IMG/VR virus record: IMGVR_UViG_3300043438_001962
Strand: one strand, 5' to 3'
Length of the DNA stretch: 64,000 nucleotides
From: a virus
Lineage: Duplodnaviria > Heunggongvirae > Uroviricota > Caudoviricetes
Below the pieces are notes generated by a model. The model worked only from the letters and a program-made list of their open reading frames with translations. It was not told where the DNA came from and searched no databases. Positions 57,572 to 64,000 of the stretch are shown piece by piece; position 1 is the first letter of the stretch, and the number at the start of each line of letters is the position of its first letter. A program made the translations under genes and the position numbers.

Positions 57572-57900
57572 TGAAAGTAATAATAACTGAAAGTAGACGT
57601 GATAAATTAGCCAAACAAGAATTGGACAATGCGTTCTCCAATATGTATGAAGATGTGAATTATATGACAGATTCAAGGGGGGAACATAAGCGTATTGAAT
57701 ATCGTAATGGTGATGGTGTTATTATGCTTTATGGTGATACTGATAAAATATTGTATATTTGTGAAGATGTTACCAATCCACTTAGTTTTTTTAGTTATAC
57801 GCCAAAACAACTTAAAGATATTGTTGGTGAATGGTTTTCAGATTTTTTTGAATTACCGGTTCACTATGTCCAACATGTAAATAAATCTATATTAAACTAA
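57571..57900 (+). CDS. MKVIITE-leader family member 4
   Basis: It starts MKVIITESRRDKLAKQELDNAF with a TAATG junction. Confidence 0.55.
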   Translation: MKVIITESRRDKLAKQELDNAFSNMYEDVNYMTDSRGEHKRIEYRNGDGVIMLYGDTDKILYICEDVTNPLSFFSYTPKQLKDIVGEWFSDFFELPVHYVQHVNKSILN

Positions 57901-58280
57901 TGAAAGTAATAATATCAGAAAATAGAGTTAATCAGATAATACGTAAATATTTGGATGAAACCTTTTATCCGGATTATGGGTGGTCTTATCCCGATGTTTA
58001 TCAAAGAGATGTTGAACAATATGGTGATGTTAATTTTTTTATTAATGACCAAGATTCTTATATCTATTATGGGTGTAATGCAAATGCTGGTCCGGAAGAT
58101 GAATTCTTTGCGGGTTATGGTCATCTACATAATTATAAATGTCCTTTGCTTTTAATATATCCAAAAGTTGGTGGGGAACTAACATCTTTATTTGGTAATA
58201 GATGGAAACCCGTATTCAAGGAATGGTTTGAGGAAAATACAGGATTAGAGGTTGCTCAAATAACTGACGATTATATATAA
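57900..58280 (+). CDS. MKVIITE-leader family member 5
   Basis: It starts MKVIISENRVNQIIRKYLDETFY with a TAATG junction. Confidence 0.55.
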   Translation: MKVIISENRVNQIIRKYLDETFYPDYGWSYPDVYQRDVEQYGDVNFFINDQDSYIYYGCNANAGPEDEFFAGYGHLHNYKCPLLLIYPKVGGELTSLFGNRWKPVFKEWFEENTGLEVAQITDDYI

Positions 58281-58303
58281 ATGCCCGTTATTCTAAACAA
58301 ATA

Positions 58304-58331
58304 TAATGCCCGTAATAACGGGCATTTTTTA
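58304..58331. terminator. bidirectional terminator (ATGCCCG taataa CGGGCAT)
   Basis: The hairpin plus T-run sits between convergent genes. Confidence 0.65.
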
Positions 58332-58631
58332 TTTCATATTCTTCAAGATTGACTTGATGATTTCAATGGATTCTTTGTCCTGTTTGGTTTTAACTTTCTT
58401 GTTGTTCAAGTAAGATAACGACTCCTCAAGTTCTTCTCGTTTGTCCACAGGTTTCATAGGTGAATTGGGTACTTGAACCGGAGATTGTGGTTCAGGTACT
58501 CGTACATATTTAGGTACTTCAACATACTTGGTCTCTGCCGGTGCGGCAGGGTACAAAGTATTATACACCTTGATGGCATTATCAGAACCTTTGGTTGTTA
58601 GACGGATGATTAAGTATTTAAGTAATTTCAT
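58329..58631 (-). CDS. Pro-rich hypothetical protein (minus strand)
   Basis: ORF only. Confidence 0.35.
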   Translation of the reverse strand: MKLLKYLIIRLTTKGSDNAIKVYNTLYPAAPAETKYVEVPKYVRVPEPQSPVQVPNSPMKPVDKREELEESLSYLNNKKVKTKQDKESIEIIKSILKNMK

Positions 58632-58690
58632 AGGTCAAAGATACAAAAAGTTTTTGGTTTATAGGGTATTTTTATTCAGTTATATTACTT

Positions 58691-59059
58691 CTAAACCATT
58701 TTTATTTTTCCAATTTCTATTCTTGTACAAATTGAAAATAAATCAATGGTTGTTTTTAAATTTTCACCTACATAAGTTCTGATGTATTGGTTTCTTCTTC
58801 TTGCTGACCAATAGTATCCTGTATTAAGCCATTCGTAAGTTCCCGACACAGAACGATAACTCCAATATTTATCAGACACTTCAATGTTAACATAAAATCT
58901 TCTTTTCCAAGAATAGTCATCCTCTTTATATGTAACTCCGGTAACTCTATATTTAAATTGAAACCACTCTTCCCTTTCAACCATTCCGGTTATAGGGTGT
59001 TTTTTAAGATACTTTTTAATGTGTGGAATAAGTTTGGTTATGTAAAGTTGTTCGTCCAT
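58691..59059 (-). CDS. hypothetical protein (minus strand)
   Basis: The start was trimmed to the Met downstream of the minus-strand TATATCTTTG promoter. The track ORF extends to 59158. Confidence 0.4.
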   Translation of the reverse strand: MDEQLYITKLIPHIKKYLKKHPITGMVEREEWFQFKYRVTGVTYKEDDYSWKRRFYVNIEVSDKYWSYRSVSGTYEWLNTGYYWSARRRNQYIRTYVGENLKTTIDLFSICTRIEIGKIKMV

Positions 59060-59069
59060 TTTATCATTA

Positions 59070-59090
59070 TTAGTAGTGCAAAGATATAAA
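59070..59090 (-). promoter_or_regulatory. minus-strand TAnnTTTG promoter element in a divergent intergenic region
   Basis: The reverse complement of agtgcaaagatataaaa is TTTTATATCTTTGCACT. Confidence 0.45.
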
Positions 59091-59126
59091 ATAAAAACAA
59101 TTCCGCCAAACATTATATTTATTATT

Positions 59127-59876
59127 ATGAACTTACATGAACAAACAAATAGAATCAAACAGATGATGGGATTACTTGTTGAGCAAGAACAAAAAGGTTA
59201 TTCCGGAACAAATAGAATCATCTTAATTGGGCCACCAACAGTGGGAAAATCAACCGTAGCTGAAGAACTTGCCCAACAACTTGGGGTTGAGTATGTTATA
59301 CTTGACAAGTTACAAGAAAAGTTTGGTTATGGTGAGGGAAAAGAGTTTGAGTTGGTAAAATCAGTTTTATCACCAGATTTTGAGAAATACAATACGCCAT
59401 CAATATTAGATTTTGGTGGGGGACACGTTTACAATGATGGTGTTAAAGAATTATTAACCCAATATCCTAATGTAATTTTATTAATGCCATCACAAGATTC
59501 TGAAAAATCGGAGGAGTTATTAAGAAAAGGTAACACAGAGAGATGGACAGGATTTATGGACCAAATCATTCAAGGATTGCAAAGTGGAAACCACAATCAT
59601 ACAAAAGAAAAAGAAACCGAGCTTATTGATAAGTTACAAAGAATGAAACAAGGTGAAGGTGGAAAATTTGATAAGGAAGATTTACCTGATACTGAAGAAA
59701 TGAAAGGTTGGGGTGGATTAGACATGGAGAATGATTGGAATAAGTATGTTCCATTAACTAAAGAAGAGGATGTTAAAAACAAAGAGATTGCCAAACATAT
59801 TGTAAGTGTGTACAATGAGGATGGTAAAAGAAGAAATAAAACAGAAATTGTTAAAGACATTATTGATTTACTATAA
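59127..59876 (+). CDS. P-loop kinase-like protein carrying an MNLHEQTNRIKQMM leader
   Basis: Its Walker A IILIGPPTVGKSTVAEELAQQLG is shikimate/gluconate/nucleoside-monophosphate-kinase-like. The N-terminal leader is shared with 59877, 60993 and 63069. Confidence 0.5.
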   Translation: MNLHEQTNRIKQMMGLLVEQEQKGYSGTNRIILIGPPTVGKSTVAEELAQQLGVEYVILDKLQEKFGYGEGKEFELVKSVLSPDFEKYNTPSILDFGGGHVYNDGVKELLTQYPNVILLMPSQDSEKSEELLRKGNTERWTGFMDQIIQGLQSGNHNHTKEKETELIDKLQRMKQGEGGKFDKEDLPDTEEMKGWGGLDMENDWNKYVPLTKEEDVKNKEIAKHIVSVYNEDGKRRNKTEIVKDIIDLL

Positions 59877-60635
59877 ATGAACCTACAAGAAAACATACAT
59901 AGAATCCATCAGATGATGGGAGTAATCAATGAAGGGTTACATGATACATCTTGGGAAAATGACGAGGGGGATAAAATCACCCTTATTGATTTATTAAACG
60001 CCACAGAAGATATTCCGGTGAGGAAAATATCTGTAGAAGAATTAAAGCCGCACTTATTATTGTGGGATGGGGATGAAGATGAGGTTAGAAAGATAGAAAG
60101 TGCTGACTTACAATATCCTATATTAATCTTTGTTAATGATGATGGGGAGTTCATAACAATTATAGATGGGCACCACAGAGCACAGAAAGCGGCAAGACAA
60201 GGATTAGAAACAATCAGAGCAAAAGTAATACCGATTAATTTTTTACCAAAACATATAAAACGAGTGTTTAAACATATGATGAGCGAGGGTAAAGATGCTT
60301 TTGTTTCAAGAGCTTCTTTTGACCAGGAGTATGAGGAAGAATATCCAAAGTGGGGAAAAACTATGGTTAAGTTTTTAGATATGGCAATGAACGCATACGA
60401 TGAGAATGATAATGTAATTATATTGTTTAATGATAAAGACCCTAGCAAAATTTTAATGAGATACGATAAAAAGAACGAACAAATATGGTGGGACTATTCA
60501 TTACATGATGAATTAGTTCAATTTGTTCCTTTTGGGTATGTGTCAAGACATTACAGATATGCGGTACAGGATTACTTTAAGAAACATTTCCCCGAATATG
60601 GGGTTAGACAAATAACCGGAGCAAATATTGGATAA
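59877..60635 (+). CDS. ParB-like nuclease-domain protein carrying an MNLQENIHRIHQMM leader
   Basis: The ParB/Srx-like block reads PILIFVNDDGEFITIIDGHHRAQKAARQG. Confidence 0.5.
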   Translation: MNLQENIHRIHQMMGVINEGLHDTSWENDEGDKITLIDLLNATEDIPVRKISVEELKPHLLLWDGDEDEVRKIESADLQYPILIFVNDDGEFITIIDGHHRAQKAARQGLETIRAKVIPINFLPKHIKRVFKHMMSEGKDAFVSRASFDQEYEEEYPKWGKTMVKFLDMAMNAYDENDNVIILFNDKDPSKILMRYDKKNEQIWWDYSLHDELVQFVPFGYVSRHYRYAVQDYFKKHFPEYGVRQITGANIG

Positions 60636-60991
60636 TGAAGTTACAGGACACCATAAAAAGAATACTAATAGAGGAGGCAACAAAAGATTTGTCACCGATA
60701 TTAGAGAGCTTATTAAATAAGATGATGGTTAATAAAAACCGAGACATTATCTGTGAAATAAAAGTTAAACATCCGGACAATAGGACAAAACTACCACATT
60801 CGGATAATAAGTATTTACATTATCGAGTTGACATCACATTCATCGGGGGATATGGTACTGACTTTTTTCCGGTAACTCAATCGGTAGCAAACAAATATGA
60901 TTCATTAATTGATGAGGTGTGGAATATAGTTTATGATTTCACAGGAAAGTCGGTGGATATATTTCATAAAAAAGTGGTAAACTGTGAATAA
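60635..60991 (+). CDS. paralog-family member with an MKLQDTIKRILIEE leader
   Basis: The leader is similar to that of 55746. Confidence 0.4.
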   Translation: MKLQDTIKRILIEEATKDLSPILESLLNKMMVNKNRDIICEIKVKHPDNRTKLPHSDNKYLHYRVDITFIGGYGTDFFPVTQSVANKYDSLIDEVWNIVYDFTGKSVDIFHKKVVNCE

Positions 60992-60992
60992 T

Positions 60993-61424
60993 ATGAACTT
61001 AATAGAAAACATACAAAGAATTAATACCTTAATCTCTGAAAATGACAGAGGTGAAACCATTAGACATTTGATTGACAAGATGGGTGTTGCTGACGCCATT
61101 AAAATGGCGGGGAATTATTATTTGATTGAGCCATACTTAAAAGAGATTGACAAAGTAAATTATATTAAAGAAAAAGTTTCCCAAATTTCCGATGAGTTGG
61201 GTGGAAATGGTTTTGGTCTTGTTGAGGTTAATTCCGCACCAATTTTATATAGTGAAGATGAAGATGAATTAAGACAAATAGAATATTTAGGTAGAAAACA
61301 ACTTTATGTCGATGTTTATTCTTCAGATAGTAATTATTCTAACTTAGGTGATTTCAAAGTTAATTATGAAAGTTTACCGGGACAAATACTTGATGAGTTG
61401 GTTGAGATATTAGTTAATTACTAA
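60993..61424 (+). CDS. paralog-family member with an MNLIENIQRI leader
   Basis: The start is the ATG immediately after the upstream stop. The track start is a GTG. Confidence 0.45.
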   Translation: MNLIENIQRINTLISENDRGETIRHLIDKMGVADAIKMAGNYYLIEPYLKEIDKVNYIKEKVSQISDELGGNGFGLVEVNSAPILYSEDEDELRQIEYLGRKQLYVDVYSSDSNYSNLGDFKVNYESLPGQILDELVEILVNY

Positions 61425-61425
61425 A

Positions 61426-61467
61426 ATGTGTAATAATCACGAATATTACCGAAATGTGTAATAATTG
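61426..61467. repeat. direct repeat AAATGTGTAATAAT x2
   Basis: Copies lie at 61426-61439 and 61453-61466 in a convergent intergenic region. Confidence 0.5.
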
Positions 61468-61484
61468 GGGGATTAAACAATATT

Positions 61485-62213
61485 TTAATATGTTATCCCA
61501 TTTTTAAGAACGGATTCTATTTGTTCAGTTGACTTACCTCCACGAAGTTTTGTGGTTACACCATTAGTTAAAACCGAATCCACAATATCATCCGACAATC
61601 CGGCAATTTCGTGGGTTGAGGTTATACCATTAGATAGAACTGAATCTACAATAAAAGGTTTATCCCTATTGGTAAATCCCATAGATGTTACACCCTCATT
61701 TAAAACCGAATCCACAATTGTTAATGATTTATTTGCCGGACGACTTAATGTTATACCATCATTTAGAGCATCCTCCACTATTTCATTTCTAAAAACTCCG
61801 AACTCCACCTCTGTTGAGGTTATTCCGTTATTTAAAACTGAATCCATTGATGTGTTAGGAATTGACCCGGCGATTAAACGGGGGGATTCATTATTTTTTA
61901 ATACTGTAGACACCATTTTAGATGATACTGACATCGTGGTTTTTGTTGATGTTACGTCACAATTAAGAACTAACTCCACAAATTCTTTAATAATGGGTTC
62001 ATATACCTCTCTATCAATGGAATACATATTAAAGAATTCGGTGAAGAACTGATATCTCCAATATAGTTTCCCGGTCTTTACCAATTCCAAATACCAATAT
62101 TTTTTCTCTCTATCAATAAACCACAAGGATTGGTCGTGTCTAATCATTTCTACATTAGACAAGTCCTGAATTAGGTTGTTAAAAATAAATTGTTTGGTTC
62201 TATCTGAAATCAT
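61485..62213 (-). CDS. repeat protein with five copies of an approximately 24-aa DSVLxNG(I/V)T(S/T) unit (minus strand)
   Basis: The copies are DSVLNNGITSTE, DSVLNEGVTSMG, DSVLSNGITSTH, DSVLTNGVTTKL and ESVLKNGITY. Confidence 0.45.
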   Translation of the reverse strand: MISDRTKQFIFNNLIQDLSNVEMIRHDQSLWFIDREKKYWYLELVKTGKLYWRYQFFTEFFNMYSIDREVYEPIIKEFVELVLNCDVTSTKTTMSVSSKMVSTVLKNNESPRLIAGSIPNTSMDSVLNNGITSTEVEFGVFRNEIVEDALNDGITLSRPANKSLTIVDSVLNEGVTSMGFTNRDKPFIVDSVLSNGITSTHEIAGLSDDIVDSVLTNGVTTKLRGGKSTEQIESVLKNGITY

Positions 62214-62262
62214 AAGAGCAAAGATAGGAAGAATAAATTAAATAAACAAAAAGCGTGGGGAA

Positions 62263-62631
62263 TTAATCTTCTATATGATATTTTGTTGTATGATATCTAC
62301 CACAGTCATTACAATGGTAAGTAGTTTCCTGAAATTTAACTAAACGAGGTTTTATTTTATATCTTTCTTTAAACCAAGGAATAAATATATCATTTAGTTT
62401 ATCTCCATCAAGACCAAATATAGTTTTTAAATCATTTTCTAAGTCGGGATTTATTATGGTAACCACATCTGAACTACGATTATATGTGAATATGGTTAAC
62501 CCATCATCATCCTTATAGTGGGTATACATATAACTACCTTTAGCATTATACTTTCTCAAATCACCATAGTTATTGTTTAACCATTTGGTTACAATACGAT
62601 TCATTTTACTTTCACTTATAATCATTTTCAT
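62263..62631 (-). CDS. MKMIISE-leader family member (minus strand) with a C-terminal CxxC ... H
   Basis: It starts MKMIISESKMNRIVTKWLNN and ends HCNDCGRYH. Confidence 0.5.
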   Translation of the reverse strand: MKMIISESKMNRIVTKWLNNNYGDLRKYNAKGSYMYTHYKDDDGLTIFTYNRSSDVVTIINPDLENDLKTIFGLDGDKLNDIFIPWFKERYKIKPRLVKFQETTYHCNDCGRYHTTKYHIED

Positions 62632-62643
62632 AAAGCGTGGGGA

Positions 62644-62913
62644 TTATTCAATAGAGTATATAGGTGTATCAGGAAATTTATCTCTCAAATAAATTTTTAA
62701 CATCTTATTTGTTTTATTACCAAAGAACCCTTCCAAGTTTAATTCCGTAGATAAACCACCATAATAAAAAACTCCTCCCCCAACATATCCAAAGATATTA
62801 TTATTTTTATCTATAAATTCTCGGGTTTTAATATTGTATGATAAGTCATATTGTGAATCAATATATTTCACAAACACATTATACATTCTACTTTCAGTTA
62901 TAATCATTTTCAT
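62644..62913 (-). CDS. MKMIITE-leader family member (minus strand)
   Basis: The start was set at the internal Met giving MKMIITESRMYNVFVKYIDSQYD. The track ORF extends to 63015. Confidence 0.5.
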   Translation of the reverse strand: MKMIITESRMYNVFVKYIDSQYDLSYNIKTREFIDKNNNIFGYVGGGVFYYGGLSTELNLEGFFGNKTNKMLKIYLRDKFPDTPIYSIE

Positions 62914-63068
62914 ATCAATATAAATATCATACAAAGATAAAACATTTCTATTGATAACGTGGGGGAAATTATATATATTTGAGTTATGAAAAAAATATAC
63001 AGAGTAATTAAACATACTTACTACGAAAAGGGGGAAGTAACATTCTCCTTTTTTTTATATTTATTAGT

Positions 63069-63542
63069 ATGAACTTACACGAGAATATACATAGGATAAA
63101 AGAAATGATGGATTCAATTGATGAGAACCGATTCGAAAAAATGGGGGAAGAACAATATAAGTCCTGTTCAATGTCAGATATTACAAGAATGGAGATAATA
63201 GATAATTTCTTCAAACAAGTTAATGAAAATCCAAACCACAATATAGAGAAACCTGATTACGATATGTTAGTGGATGATTGGGACGGTTATGATGACCAAG
63301 TATATATTCAAAACGAATTAGATAATGATATAATAGTATTCTACGAAGGATGGGTAGATTCTTGTTGGTCAGCAGTATATAACAAACCACAATATAAAGA
63401 TATGTCCGAATCAGAAGTTATAGAGAGTATCGTAACAAATAGATTCCCACGAATAGGTGAAGAGTTTAATATGGTAATAAAAGATTATGGATACTTTTAT
63501 GATGGTGGATATATTATGTATGTAGTATTCAAAAAATACTAA
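63069..63542 (+). CDS. paralog-family member with an MNLHENIHRIKEMM leader
   Basis: The leader is nearly identical to that of 59877. Confidence 0.5.
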   Translation: MNLHENIHRIKEMMDSIDENRFEKMGEEQYKSCSMSDITRMEIIDNFFKQVNENPNHNIEKPDYDMLVDDWDGYDDQVYIQNELDNDIIVFYEGWVDSCWSAVYNKPQYKDMSESEVIESIVTNRFPRIGEEFNMVIKDYGYFYDGGYIMYVVFKKY

Positions 63543-63698
63543 ACGATAAATCTATTCGTTCATAGTCCTACGTTTCACTCCGGAATTCACTCATAGTTTC
63601 ATCCTTTACTATTTTATAACCATATTATGGTATAAACATACTTTATAGCGTTTTAATGTTATAATCATTTTACTATTGACCATTAATAGTCAAGTAAA

Positions 63699-63749
63699 CA
63701 ATTCCCCCCCCATTAAGGGGGAACAATTCCCCCCCACAAAGAAGGGGGA
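63699..63749. repeat. two imperfect copies of ACAATTCCCCCCC(N5-8)GGGGGA forming poly-C/poly-G hairpins
   Basis: Copies lie at 63699-63721 and 63724-63749. Homopolymer G/C tracts are otherwise rare in this AT-rich sequence. Confidence 0.6.
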
Positions 63750-63782
63750 CAAACTACAGACACGATTAGTAATCCGTTATGG

Positions 63783-63838
63783 TGTTCATTATTAGATAAT
63801 GTTCATTTGCAATGAACAAGGGAATGAAATGAACAATT
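63783..63838. repeat. iteron-like cluster of TGTTCATT / AATGAACA 8-mers
   Basis: The cluster tgttcatt ... tgttcatttgcaatgaaca ... aatgaaatgaacaatt gives five copies in 56 bp, including a perfect palindrome GTTCATTTGCAATGAAC. Confidence 0.55.
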
Positions 63839-64000
63839 AGTGGATGTTATGGTAAGTTATCTTTTGTATCATTCTTGTGAGTTTTAAACTGACTACACTG
63901 ATACGAAACATAACTTTTAAGAGTGTCAAGTGTCTCTGTAGTGTCCCATATTATACCCTATTGAGTTCGTCCATTAGTGGTCAATTAATACCACCTGACG

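Noticed and set aside
1-64000. Prophage or integrative-element interpretation (integrase, att sites).
   Set aside because: No integrase, recombinase, repressor or bacterial housekeeping genes were seen. The gene content and density fit a virulent phage genome segment.

Overview
This window is AT-rich (roughly one-third GC), tightly packed, and reads like a segment of a large virulent tailed dsDNA phage; no integrase, rRNA, tRNA or CRISPR array was found. The host looks like a Bacteroidota (Flavobacteriia-like) bacterium. That is inferred from recurring TTG-N19-TAnnTTTG promoters, signal peptides of the form MKxxLLLLTLxxFSQ, an RpoD-like sigma-70 factor and an Hc1-type histone-like ORF. Recognisable genes include a T7/DnaG-like primase C-terminus, a PD-(D/E)XK nuclease, and Mre11/SbcD plus Rad50/SbcC homologues (T4 gp47/gp46-like). 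Three DNA methyltransferases are present: a gamma-class N6A enzyme in a low-GC cassette, a Dam-like enzyme, and a beta-class SPPY enzyme. Further calls are a phage sigma-70 factor, a full DnaJ, a thioredoxin plus glutaredoxin-like pair, an Amidase_2-like protein, a LysM protein, a DHH-DHHA1 phosphoesterase, a NUDIX hydrolase, a dTDP-sugar RmlB/RmlC pair, an FkbM-type methyltransferase, a GT2 glycosyltransferase, an LpxH-like metallophosphoesterase, an SPFH/band-7 protein, a secreted DRGH-type nuclease, a ParB-like protein and a P-loop kinase. The most unusual structure is a family of at least 14 small, mostly tandem paralogous genes at 55.7-63.5 kb, plus one at 42.5 kb. They share short N-terminal leaders (MKVIITE-, MNLHENIHRIKEMM-, MKDLIRKILREE-) that are conserved down to codon choice, followed by unrelated C-terminal bodies. 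I interpret these as a diversified cargo family behind a common leader, possibly a capsid-targeting/prohead-protease-cleaved (L/I-x-E) signal, i.e. candidate injected or anti-defence proteins. Other points are a low-GC restriction-modification-like insertion, phage-encoded deoxysugar/glycan genes, EV-rich tandem coding repeats shared by two proteins, and a terminal non-coding region with iteron-like 8-mers and poly-C/poly-G hairpins. All functional calls rest on motifs read by eye, so treat them as hypotheses for HMM or BLAST confirmation.
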